Shown here one piece after another: positions 1 to 12,390 of a DNA stretch of 55,883 nucleotides. The notes under the pieces are model-generated. The model did no database searches. It was not told the origin of the DNA and worked only from the letters and a program-made list of their open reading frames with translations. The translations under genes were made by a program, and so were the position numbers. Positions within the stretch are counted from its first letter, which is position 1; each line of letters begins with the position of its first letter. This stretch comes from Gnetum montanum (Eukaryota > Plantae > Gnetophyta), in contig MNCI01000996.1 in the NCBI GenBank assembly GCA_015680685.1, positions 1-55,883 on the forward strand, written 5' to 3'.

Positions 1-555
1 TTAACTTCTTTTCCTTAACGTTTTGCAATTAATTCACATTTTTTTGTTCATTTCCATCATGACATCCCTTCACCGATGCCATAGTTGTCCCTTTTTACCT
101 ATCCTTCCTATTCCTTTTCTCTCTCCATTCTAACGCTACCGGAGGTTCGCGATTAGTCATGGGGGTACGGGTCCTGATTTTTCGATTTTTATCCTAAGCC
201 CCGGATTTTTTCGTTTTTCTTCCTAACCCCTATGCCTTCGGTAGTCTTCATCTACATTTTCCCAGATCCATATCAGCCATGCCACAACTTAGCCAATGAA
301 CCTAAACCAAAGCAAGGTATGCTTTACTTAATGATTCAATTACCCTTGCTAATATATGATTGTGTTGTGTGTGCAGATGGCAATCATACAACAACAGAAT
401 GGATCTGGCGCAGACACTTGGAATGGAGCAGCGCTGAAGCAGCATGCAAGGAGTGGAATTGATAATGCACTTACAGATGGACAATGAGAGGCGCAATCTA
501 GGCGTTGGCAGCAACCAGACTCTTCTCTCTTCTTCTCTTCTATTCTCTCTCCTCT

Positions 556-1259
556 NNNNNNNNNNNNNNNNNNNNNNNNNNNNNNNNNNNNNNNNNNNNN
601 NNNNNNNNNNNNNNNNNNNNNNNNNNNNNNNNNNNNNNNNNNNNNNNNNNNNNNNNNNNNNNNNNNNNNNNNNNNNNNNNNNNNNNNNNNNNNNNNNNNN
701 NNNNNNNNNNNNNNNNNNNNNNNNNNNNNNNNNNNNNNNNNNNNNNNNNNNNNNNNNNNNNNNNNNNNNNNNNNNNNNNNNNNNNNNNNNNNNNNNNNNN
801 NNNNNNNNNNNNNNNNNNNNNNNNNNNNNNNNNNNNNNNNNNNNNNNNNNNNNNNNNNNNNNNNNNNNNNNNNNNNNNNNNNNNNNNNNNNNNNNNNNNN
901 NNNNNNNNNNNNNNNNNNNNNNNNNNNNNNNNNNNNNNNNNNNNNNNNNNNNNNNNNNNNNNNNNNNNNNNNNNNNNNNNNNNNNNNNNNNNNNNNNNNN
1001 NNNNNNNNNNNNNNNNNNNNNNNNNNNNNNNNNNNNNNNNNNNNNNNNNNNNNNNNNNNNNNNNNNNNNNNNNNNNNNNNNNNNNNNNNNNNNNNNNNNN
1101 NNNNNNNNNNNNNNNNNNNNNNNNNNNNNNNNNNNNNNNNNNNNNNNNNNNNNNNNNNNNNNNNNNNNNNNNNNNNNNNNNNNNNNNNNNNNNNNNNNNN
1201 NNNNNNNNNNNNNNNNNNNNNNNNNNNNNNNNNNNNNNNNNNNNNNNNNNNNNNNNNNN
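556..1259. other. Assembly gap (704 N)
   Basis: Run of N following CT-rich low-complexity sequence. Confidence 0.99.
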
Positions 1260-1539
1260 CTAGTTAATTTAGACTTAGATCTTAGTTAGAGTTAGTTTAG
1301 TTTCTCAACCCTTCTCCCGATAGGATAGAAGATAAGCCAAAAAGACCAAAAAAATCATATACCTCAGACTTGCTTAACCATACACCGTGACACATACAAG
1401 CAAGCCTGGGAAGACAACGAACGATTAACCCCAAGTGTTTCTTGTGGCGTTAAGGCATTTAGTCTGCGGAGTTCGACCGGATCGCGCGTGTACGCTCCTA
1501 TTCGTATGGTGGAGTGTAGGGGTACCTCGCCACTCATCA
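1260..1539 (+). mobile_element. 3' end (U5) of an Athila-like LTR, probably continuing left across the gap
   Basis: Ends ...GTATGGTGGAGTGTAGGGGTACCTCGCCACTCATCA, visibly homologous to the LTR end at ~46930-47036 that precedes a tRNA-Asp-type PBS. Confidence 0.6.
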
Positions 1540-2800
1540 CTTATAAATGGATAACGACATAATAGTTGAAGTAGCTGTTGAATCAACTAAACAATTATGA
1601 AGATATTTACCATTCAACTTCATTGTAAGAAGAAATGGTAGAGCTTCTTTGTTTGGAGTACAAGGATATTTATATTTTACCATTTTATCCTCATTACAAA
1701 CATAACTTAGTTTAGATTCTCAACCTTTCTCTTTGCTTTAACCATCTCTAAAACTTTCTTTTGCTAACTTCCCATTTGTAGCTTCTGATATATACTAATG
1801 TTTGCTTTGACATGCTTAAGGTTTTTTAATAAATCATATTTTCCATTTTTATAAAAGCATAATTTCTTAAACTATTTACTAGACAATTGATTTTGAGGAT
1901 TTGGATCTATCTGTGTATCCTTTTCTTTTCTCTTTTCTTCTCATTCAATTCAAAAGTCTTTCTTTTGGTGGAAGGATCAAAAATGGCATTTGGAGGTCTT
2001 GAGGTGGTTAATTTTTCTTCTGATCCTAAATTGTATTTAGATCCATCATTAGTGTTGCATTCCTCATTTGAAGATGAATCTCCTTCCAAACTTACTGAAA
2101 AGGAACCATCACTTGGCTTACTTTCAAAAGATTTACTAACATAATGAATACAAGATGATGATTGAGATAGCTATGTTATTATCATCTTCAAAATCTACTA
2201 ATTTAGTATCCATTTGATGTCTATGTTTCCTATTCTTCTTGTCTTTCTTTATCTTAACTTTAGCTAGTATTTTTTCTAACTTAACTACCTTGTTGAACAA
2301 TTCCTTCATTAGCTTCTCTTTCTCAAAATCTTCTTCAAAATTTTCATTTTCTTGGTCTTGATCTTTGTTGGTCATAGGAGGCAATGCTTTAAACTAAGCT
2401 AAATTTTGTATAGATACCAATGCTTTTTCTTTGATTTTTGATGTTCTAACAATTTCTCCATTAGCTAAATTTAGCTATTTTTCTAATTTAATAACCTGGT
2501 TAAAATAATCATTTAAAGTTACCAAATTTGGAGTTCTTCTGAGCTAGAGAGAAATTTTAGCATTAATAGCATTTAGATAAGTGTCTCTTAGTACTTCATT
2601 TGACAACCTATATTATCTTGGAAATAATCCATAAATTCACTGGAATTTAATGTTAAATTTTCTAACTAACTCCTTAGTCCCTTGCTTGGCCTATACTAAC
2701 CCGTAATATAGCTGTTGTTGATCTATTTGATTGCTGATCTGAGCTAAAAATAAATCTTTCATATCATCCCAACTGGTGATGCTATTTTTTGATAAGTTTT
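1540..2800 (-). pseudogene. Degenerate Ty3/gypsy gag (distal part), interrupted by the insertion at 2806-8018
   Basis: Minus-strand NLSKNSITSWDDMKDLFL (Retrotrans_gag-like) with many stops. Confidence 0.6.
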
Positions 2801-3029
2801 AATGTCCTTGATCATCATCCATGTGAGGGTGTCTTTTCTTTGATTGAATGTATGTGGGAATTTGATTAAATCTCTTGTCTATCCTTGTGAATTTGTGCTT
2901 CCATTTAGTTGTAATGTTCTTTATTTGAGTAAGAATAAAGCTTTTATTTTCCTTTTCTTATTCAAATTTGCTATTTTGTAACTTTGTGAGAGCTTGGATT
3001 GTGGAATCCATGGGAGCTCCTCATCAAAT

Positions 3030-3040
3030 TGGTATCAGAG
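3030..3040 (+). promoter_or_regulatory. Primer binding site (tRNA-iMet type)
   Basis: TGGTATCAGAG 3 nt after the LTR end CATCA. Confidence 0.85.
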
Positions 3041-5981
3041 TAGCTTGGAAATATCAATTGTAAAGAATCACTTGAAATTCTCAAGCTTGGATGAATTCTC
3101 TCTTACTACTTATTCTACTCATCCTAGGATTTGAAAATTTTCTTTGATCCCTAAGTTTATCATATGTTTTAAGAATTGGAAGATAATTGTGAAATTAGAC
3201 ACCCATTAGCTTGTAATAGTTAGGGGTTGAAGATGTTATTCTCATTTCTCTTATGATTTGAGAATTTCTCATCTAATTCCTTCAAAAATCTTGAAAATTT
3301 CATCTTTCCTTGTAGATGTTTGTGAAAATTATCTTTAAGATCAATTTCCATCATGCCTCCAAAGAAGAAGACAGTTCAAGCTTTGTCAAGAGACATGGAT
3401 GACATTAGAAATGCTCTCAATCTCATGGCTGAAAAAATTAAAAAGCTTGGGGAAAACAAGGACATGTTACTTCACCAAAAGAATCCAAGCAAGGGTACAA
3501 TTCATGCAATTCTTCACCAAGACCTTCTTTGAGACATTCCTCAATGCCATCCCTTGAAGATGATATTCCTTTCAAAGATGAATACTTTGGAGAAGGAGAA
3601 GCTCAAATGATGTTTTTCTTCATGCTTCTAGTTCTAAAAATAAGTCTCAAGGTTTCAATTTCCCTAGGAAAGGAAAGAAGGAACTTCCTTCTAAGCCTCA
3701 AAGGTAGTAAGATAAAGGAATTGAAGTCACTCTTGCAAAAGCTTTCAAACATGCTTCAAGGATGTCTCGTGTTTAAGTCAAATCCTTCAATGGCATGGAA
3801 GGAATTGAATCTTTCCTCTCTTGGCTGAAAATGATTAACAAGTACTTTGAACTTGAAGATGTGGAAAATCATCAAAAGGTATCTTATGCTGAAACCAAAT
3901 TGGAAGAAATAGCACTTGTATGGTAGGAGAAGAAAAGTCATTCTTACAAGATGAAAAATGATACTCATATCAAGGATTGGTCTTTAATGTAATTTATTCT
4001 TAAGCAAAAATTTGAGAAGACTCATCATAGATAAGAGGCCATCCAAAAATTGAAGTACCTAAGGCAAGTTAATAAGAGTGTGAAGGACTACTACATGGAT
4101 TTTTGTAAGGCTTTCTAGCTTGCAAAAGTTCATTGGGATGATTATGAACAAGCATCTAACTTTCAAGGAGGACTTAAAAGGGAGTATCAACAAGAGCTAA
4201 CCTTCTATGAGTCCCAAAAATTGGATGAGGCTTTTGAATTAGCTCTTAAGACTAAAAGGAAACTTCAAGGCTACACTAGAGGTATTAAATCTTCTAAGGG
4301 AAAGAACTCTAAAGCTTTTGAAGATAAGAAAGAAGCTAAGGAGAATGGAAATGCCAAGAAAGACACCAATGAGAAGTAAGAGAAGTTCAAGGAGGGCCAA
4401 GATTCCAAGAAAGACTACTCCAAGAATGGAAAGGATTAACAAAATGACTATTTATCCAACCTTCAATTCTTCAATTGTGGTGAAAAGGGATACAAATAAT
4501 GGAAGTGTAATAAGCCAAAGATTTTCAAGAGCAAGGAACTCCAAATCTTAGAAAAGAAAGAATCCTCCAAGGAAGGTAGATCTCTTATGTTTGAAGATGC
4601 AATAGAAATTAATTCTTACATTTTTATGGGAAATGTAAATGTTAATTAAGGAAATGAGGAAGAAGATGTAAGGTTTGATAAAGTATAGATCAATGAGGAA
4701 AGAAGTTTTCAAGTATCTCTTATTAAGCAAATGAGTGTTCAATACTCAAAGGTTTCAAGAGAGGGAACTAGGAGCTCCATCAAAGGGACCAAACTTCAAA
4801 GTCCAAGATGGTGTATGCTACTACTAAAGAAGAGTTCCTACCTCATAAATCATGGGAGGTGAAGGATCAAAGTCAAAGGAGTGGTAAATATCAAGGAATT
4901 TCTTTAAGGAATATCAAAGATAGCAATAGAAGGTATGATACTCATTCTTTTTACAATTGTTCTATACCTTATGGCAAGGAAAAGGAGATTCTAAGCCAAA
5001 TTGAGATTAATTCATGGAAGATATGTGAGTCTTCTAGCCAAGGTATGTGAAAAAATGATTTCTTTGGTGATATTTTTTATTCATCTAATGTTAAAGCCAT
5101 GGAGGAGAGTTTACCTTTTGAGTTGGCATCTCCAAAAAGTGATGAAGAGCTTGTTGATGATTCCTTTGAAGAGGAGAAGCCATTGAAATTGGAAACTCTT
5201 ATTAGCATCTTGAACCTTTAAGCTTTGATAAGATTGGATAGCCATATGTTCAAGTTGAACCAAAGATGAATGGGAGAAGCCATGAAGAGGTAAGTAACTA
5301 TAAGCTTTACCTTCCAAATGGTAGTAATGTCTCTCATGTTAAAGCTAGTATGATGGATGCTAGTATTTCACTTCAACTTGATATTGGTTTGTTCAATTGT
5401 GATTACGAGGATCATGATCATTGTGATGAATGTGATGAAATTATGAGTCATGTTGAAAATGATGAGAGCAATGTGACTTTTGGTGCCATTGTTAGTAAGA
5501 GAAAGACTAATAATGGTAATGGTTATTGGCATAGTCATTGTGAGAAGGTCATTATTGATATTGGTGAAGACATTAATAATGATATAATTTTCCAAAATTT
5601 TGAGATGTTTTCTATGGATTATGACAAGAATGAATTTGTCAAAGGTGTTAATGACCTTGATTGTATTAGCTATGAAATGGATACGCAGCATGAAGACAAT
5701 CTACATTATGGTGATCATAATGAAGGAAAGCTAAGTGGTAGTCTTCCAACCACCAAGAAGAAGAAGGTGAAGAACAGGAAAAAGAATGGAAGAAGGGAAA
5801 TTGGTTTGAGGAGACCTAATCCTTTTGAATTTCCTTTTCTTTTGTTGCAAGTCATGGAAGAAACACATGAAATTTGGTGCTTTTAAGATGGAAGCATGGT
5901 AGAGCCTTTGAGGGTAGAGATCATATCCACTATTCTTTCATGTGTTTCCATTATGATGTAAGCATCAAATTATTCTAATAA

Positions 5982-6007
5982 GTGTGTGTGTGTGTGTGTG
6001 TGTGTGT
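5982..6007 (+). repeat. (GT)13 microsatellite
   Basis: Direct reading. Confidence 0.95.
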
Positions 6008-6217
6008 TAGTGTTATGCATCCATTGTTTTGTGTGTTTATATGTGTTTTCAAATAAGTTTTGGATGGTAGAGACAAAATGTTATGAGCTCTAACCATTCC
6101 ATGTCTGTGATGCTTTGGATTGTGTGTAAATTGTGGCCTATGTAATGAAGCAATAGTTATTCCAAGTGTAAAGGTCTCTTGTATGGGAATCTAGAGTCTT
6201 TTAAAGGAGGATGGTGC

Positions 6218-6964
6218 TGATGTGGACATCAAATAGGCCAATGTAACATTTGTCCAATGAGGGGATTTTTCCCTAGAGTTTTGGCATGTTTGCAAGTATT
6301 TTGGAACTATTTTGATGAGTTTAGGAGGTTCTAGGGGCTACAAGGACTTGTTTGGAGGTATCCAAACATTCCAAGCCTTAAAACAAGCATCTTTAATTTT
6401 TGCCCTAGTAGGAAAGACGTTTTCCATGATAGTTAGATGTCTCAACTACATTCAAGATTTCTCATATGATTTCAAGACATCTCAGACAAGTTGTCTCATA
6501 TGATTTCTAGAGATCTCCTCTAATATCTCTGCACTTGGAAAAGACATCTCTTGTTTCTCTAAGATGTCTCGTATGGATTTTAACGAACATCAAATTGAAT
6601 AATAAATTAGAGGGAAGATGAAGAGATAGGGGGAAGGATATAAATAGATCTTTCAGCCCTTTAATTTGATGAAGAAAGAGAGAGTCTAGGGAGAGAGAGA
6701 CGTGAGTTGAGAGAAGAGTAGAGAGAGATAGAGTCTTGGCTAAGTACCTTATCATCATCCATGTGAGGGTGTGTTTTCCTTAATTGAGTGTGTATGGGAA
6801 TTTGATTAAATCTCTTGTCTATCCTTGGAAATTTGTGCTTTCTTTTAGTTGTAATTTTCATCATTTGAGCAAGGATAAAGCTTTCATTTTTTTTCTTATT
6901 TAAATTTTCTATTTTGTGACTTTGAGAGAGCTTGGATTGTGGAATTCATGGGAGCTCCTCATCA
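6218..6964 (+). repeat. Full LTR (TGATG...CATCA, 747 bp), followed by a second PBS and leader
   Basis: Canonical termini; TGGTATCAAAG at 6968; 6965-7274 repeats 3027-~3302. Confidence 0.88.
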
Positions 6965-7279
6965 AATTGGTATCAAAGTAGCTTGGAATTGAAGACAATT
7001 GCATTCAAGTGGATAATTCTCATCTCAATTGCAAAGAATCACTCCAAATTCTCAAGCTTGGATGAATTCTCTCTTACTACTTATTATACTCATCCTAGGG
7101 TTTGAAAATTTTCCTTTGATTCCTAAGTTTGCCATGTATTTCAAGAATTGGAAGATAATTGTGGAATTGGGCATCCATTGGCTTGTAATAGCTAGGGTTT
7201 GAAGATGTTATGCTCATTTCTCTTAAGATCTGAGTATTTCTTATCTCATTCCTTAAGAAATCTTAAAAATTTCAAAATT

Positions 7280-8018
7280 TGATGAGGAGCTCCCATGGAT
7301 TCCATAATCCAAGCTCTTTCAAAGTCATAAAATAACAAATTTGAAAAGGAAAATAAAAATGAAAGCTTTTTTCTTGCTCAAATGGAGAAAATTATAGTTG
7401 AAAGGAAGCATAAATTCCCAATGATAGATAAGAAATTCAATCAAATTTCCACATGCACTGAATCAAATAAAACACACCCTCACATGGATGATGATCAAGG
7501 CACTTAGCTAAGACTCTATCTCTCTCTACTCTTCTCTTAACTTACCTCTCTCTTCCTAGACTCTCTCTTCTCTCTATCTCTTTCTAGACTCTTTCTTTAT
7601 CAAATTGAAGGCCTAAGAGGTCTATTTATGTCCTTCTCCTTTGTTTCTTCATATTCCCTTTAATTTACCATTTAATCTAATGTCCATTAAAACTTGTACA
7701 AGATGTCTTAGAGAAATAGGAGACACCTTTCCTAAGTGCAGAGATATCAAAAGAGATGTCTAGAAATCATGTGAGACATCTTGAATGTAGCTAAGATGTC
7801 TAACTATCATGGGAGATGTCTTTCCTATCATGGCCAAAATTAAAGATGCTTGTTTTAAGGCCTAGAACCTCCAGACACCTCCAAACAAGTCCCCATAGCC
7901 CTCAGAACCTCCTAAACTTATCAAAATAGTTCCAAAACACTCCCAAACATGCCAAAACTCCAAGGAAAGATCCCATCATTAGAGATATGTTCCGTTGGCT
8001 TGTTTGATGTTCACATCA
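7280..8018 (-). repeat. Inverted full-length copy of the same LTR
   Basis: Begins TGATGAGGAGCTCCC (reverse complement of the LTR end) and ends TTTGATGTTCACATCA (reverse complement of the LTR start). Confidence 0.9.
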
Positions 8019-9364
8019 TATATTCTTCTATCAAATAAGCGTTTCCATGATTGAAAGGCTTAGGTAAAAAGTTATAAATTGTCTTGGGGATATCATTGTA
8101 ATTTGGAAACCTTAATGGTGTCGCTCATTACCAAGGATTCATTGGTGGTGGATTCACTATTCTATTAAAATTTATTCTGGTGATGGAATTCCTAAGATTT
8201 TTCCTCCTTACCTAAAGGATTGATAAGCCACATAGAAGAGGTGATCTTGCAGATCTTCCAGTTTTTAATCCACTACTTGTTCCTAGTTCAAAAATCTTTT
8301 CCTGTTCTTTTTTTTATGAATGATCAATCTTATAATTAGAGTATTCATTTGGACTTCAAATTCCTTAGAGTTATAAGATTGTTTGCTCATGAACAAGGTA
8401 GTAACTAATTTCTACCCTTCTTCTAATGCCAAAAAGAATCATTGGTGCCTACTTTGGACCACATTACTTTATTACTTTTTCCTTAACAATAAGAAAATCA
8501 TAGTGTGTGAAATCTCTATTTAGCACCAACATTGTTCTCTTCCTTATGATGAAAATCATAAGGATAAGGGTTCTTTCAAACTTGAGTTTAGGTGCTTGTT
8601 GGTCTCTGAAAACACCAAAGCCTAGATTCCTCTAAATAAACTTAGTGATTATAGAGAAAACTATGTGTATGAGCTCTAGCTTGATATAAACTTCACAATA
8701 TCATATACAAAGAGTTGAATAGCAAATTAACTTTTATGAAAAGATTCAACAATCTTTACTCTATTCTATAATTGAATAAAATCTCCTATTGTACCAAGGA
8801 TACTTAGTTTATATAGTCTAGACTATGCGCTACTTGTGAAAACTAGCCTTTCATTTAATGCTTGTGTGTAATTCCACAAAATCTATTGTCAATCTCCCCT
8901 AGAGAAAAAATTTTGCAAGGAAACTAGAAAAAAAGCAAGATTTAATGGATTTTGAAAAATAAAATAGTAGAATTGCTTAGAATCTCAAACATCTAAATGA
9001 GGCACTATTGACATGAGTAAACACTTTGAAAACTAAAGTTGTTTTAAATCAATCAACAACATCAAAAATTGTTAAACGCTTTGGCTCAAACAAATAATTT
9101 AAAATAAGGCTACTATCAACATGAGCAAACACTTTGAAAGCTAACGCTATTGCAAATGAGTTGACAAATGCCAACAATTGTGAAACATAGAGCTATTCAA
9201 GCAATTTAAATAATTCTAAGAACAAAATACTAGGCAAAATACTACCCTTACTACTAGCTAAACAACTATGATAAAATAGGAAAGTAATAACTTACAAGAT
9301 AGAAGTAAATTAGCTGAATCAATTTGAAGTTAGGAAGCCATTGTATAGGAAATCGCTCCTAACA
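8019..9364 (-). mobile_element. 5' part of the host gypsy element: LTR ~8533-9364, PBS-like ~8510-8528, gag N-terminal remnant
   Basis: TGTT...AACA termini; minus-strand TGGTGCTAAA just inside; TATA-like site at ~8810; gag-like PLRFPNYNDIPKTIYNFLPKPFNHGNAYLIEEY ending at 8019. Confidence 0.55.
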
Positions 9365-10079
9365 TTTCTAGTATTCTTTTCCTTAATCCTCTCCTTAAAA
9401 AAATTTGGTTTGAGCCTTTTATAGTAGTCTTTGTTAGTTACAACCATTACAAAAATGTAAACCTACAATTGCTTCATGTTTAGTTCACATCATTGTAGGA
9501 CATGAGATAATTGTTATGTTAATAAGTTATTCTTTGAATTTAAGACCATTCAATTGGTAACTCATAATTTAAGAGAGCTTTTATTAGCTTGATTTATTGT
9601 ATTTGATTGAGAGCCATTAAGCTTCTTTAACACTTCTTCCATGTCTATTTCTCTTCATAATAGCAGGCTATTAGACAGTTGCCCCATCTCTTACTAAATC
9701 TTCTTATTCTTTGAATCTAGAGCCCTTTTTTTGATAACCACTAAGCTAACCTCTCATAGTTATGGATATTTTCATAGTTTGATTTATTGAATCTAAATTA
9801 GCTTGTTTCTTTCATAACTAATTCAATTATGGGATTCTTGAGCTCCCATGCTAGTTTAAACATTAATTCAAGCTTTTTCCTTATGATGTCAGCCACGATT
9901 CTAGTAACTATCATTAGCAAATCTATTCATACTGCAGGAACAGATTTCTATTTATTCTTATGTAAATCAATAATTCGTGTCCCTCTATACTCTATTTGCA
10001 CATATATAGCTTGTTTTCTTATAGAGGCTCTATGCTACTCTTAGCTTTGATTTGATTTTAGACTTTGGTTCATTCTATC

Positions 10080-12390
10080 AAAGAGCTAACATGGTAGAAC
10101 AATTATAGGGTTTCTTCATAAAGCTAATATTTGGTTCTACATGCCACATCACACTCCTCGCTAAGCTAGATTAGAAATGAAATGCTCATGTGTCTAATAT
10201 GTAACACTTTGTGGGCCCAAGGCAAGCTCTAATGTGGCTTGTAGAATTTTTTGTAGAGTTGATTTTTAGCACTATAAAATGGTAGTATATTACTCTTCGT
10301 AACTGCTAATGCAGTAGAGTTGAAAATGAACTTGTTAGTAAAGACAATTTTTAACCTCATGAACTCATTTAACAAGCTAACGTGGCACATGCTTGCTTGC
10401 TATATTAATAGGCTTTTAAGAGGAGGTTGGTATGGCAGAGCTTCTTTGTAGAACCACTTTTTATCTCTAAGAATCTTCTTTACGAGCCAACTTGGCATGA
10501 CACTAACATGGTAGAACTTTTTCACAAAGTGTGATTTTGGCTCTATGAATAAGCTCTACGAGCTAACTTGGTGTGACAATGATGTGGCAAAGTATGTTGA
10601 GCATTCCTAATGTGGCAAATGTTGATGTGGCAAATGAAACATCTTTGATCTAGATGAGAAAATGAGCTTTGTCTATTTGTTGATGCGGTAGGTGTTGATG
10701 TGATAGATGAAGTTTTTCTCTTCTCACAAGCTTGTAAATCTTCATCTAGATGATGATGTGACATTGCATGTTGAATTGTGCTAACACAGTAGAATGATTC
10801 TATATTCTATAGAGCCATTTTTAAACTCTATGAACTACCTCTATGAGCTTCCTCTTCGCGCTGATGTGGTAGAGCTAAAAATAAGCTTGTTCATAGAGCT
10901 GAATTTTGGTTCTATAGAACCACTCTATGAAGAAGCTAATGTAGTTGAGAGTGACTTTGTAGCTTTATGACTTAGCTTTTGAGCTGATATGGTGAAACCA
11001 TCTCATAGAGGCATTTTAAAGTTCTTATGAGTTTTCTCTACATGCTGACATGGTAACGTGTGCTAAACTCTGCTAATGTGATAGATAAAGTTGTTCGTGA
11101 GTCACAAGCTTGAGAATCTTCATTTAGATGTTGACGTGGTAAGTGCTAATGTGGCAGAACCAATTTGGCAGATGGAGCATTTTTGCTCAAGATGAAAATA
11201 AGTTTCTTCTATTTGCTAACATGGCATGTGCTATCATAGCGGATGAAGCATCTTTGATCTAGATTAAAAAACAAGCTTCATCTACTTGTTAATGTGGCAT
11301 ATGCTATTGTGACAAATGCTAATGTGCAGATAAAACTTTGCATTTCTCATGAACTTGAGAGTTTTCATCTAGATGTTGATATGATGGATGTTGAGTTGGT
11401 AGAGATTGCTTGTAGAATGGAAGTTTGGTTCCACGAACTCCATCTACAAGCTAGTGTGGCACATGCTGATGTGGTAAAGCATGTTTGCATAATCAAATTC
11501 AGCCTCTATGAATATATGCTAACTCTAAAGCTTACATGGCAACAACTTTGTAGAACCACTTTCAAGTTCTACAAACTTCCTCTACAAGCTTATGAAGGTA
11601 ACATGGTAAAGTTATTTTGTAGAGCCATTTTTCAATTCTACAAAGCGACTTGATAAGTTGAGGTGGTAGAAACTTTTCATATAACTCCTTTTAAGCTCTA
11701 CAAATTCGTTATCATAAGATAAAGTTACTGACATGGTAAAGCCATTTTGTAGAGCTGAATTTCAACCTCACAAACTAGTTTTACAAGCTAATGTGATAGT
11801 ATGCTGCGTGGTCATAGAGCTTCTTATAGAACTTGATTTCGCGTATAAGCTAATAAAGGAGCTTACATGGCAGAGTGGATTTGTAAAGTTGAAGTGGCTC
11901 GTAGAATTGATTTGTAGAACCTCTTTTGGGTTCTACAAATCTACCCTTCTCCTCTACCAACTAATATGGTAGAGCCAAAAAGTGAGTCAAAAAGTAAGCT
12001 TGTTTCTATAGTTAGATTTTGGTTCTTCGAGCCTATTCTTTAAAAGCTACTAATGTGGTAGAGCTTGTTTTGATTTGCTTTATAGAGACAAAATTTGGCT
12101 CTCTCTCTAGCACTAATGTGGTAGAATTGAAAAGAGCTTCTCTTGTGAGGTTGAATTTTGGTTCTATAGACATTGCTCTTTCCCCAAAAATTGACTTGGT
12201 AGAGTCAATTTCATGTTTCTTTGAAGTGTTAAATTTTAGCCTCTCAAACATGCTCTACAAGCTAACGTGTCATAAGAGATCCATATAAACCTAGCTTCTC
12301 CTATGCTTTAAATCCCTCAAAGCCAAGTCGAGTAGAACCATCTTGTAGAGCTAATTTTTGGTTCTTTGATCCTCTTCTATGAGTTGTTGC
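10080..12390 (+). repeat. Degenerate tandem array built on a GCTRAYRTGGTAGARC...TTGTAGAG...TTCTAT motif
   Basis: Motif variants at about 10084, 10503, 10860, 10983, 11044, 11147, 11465, 11598, 11728, 11961, 12049 and 12112. Confidence 0.7.

Larger units (their letters stand above)
2806..6964 (+). mobile_element. Non-autonomous gag-only LTR retrotransposon: 5'-truncated LTR 2806-3026, PBS, decayed gag, PPT, LTR 6218-6964
   Basis: 2806-3026 repeats the last ~220 bp of 6218-6964; PBS TGGTATCAGAG at 3030; gag starts MPPKKK at 3353; decayed zinc knuckle FNCGEKGYK*WKC at ~4470-4508; purine tract at ~6203-6217; no RT/IN motifs seen. Confidence 0.8.

Noticed and set aside
444-1289. Long ORFs of 281 and 252 aa
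   Set aside because: Artefacts of translating through the N gap.
10080-12390. Motif array as a CRISPR-like array or repeat-protein gene
   Set aside because: Units are highly degenerate, the intervening sequences are also mutually similar, and no frame stays open.
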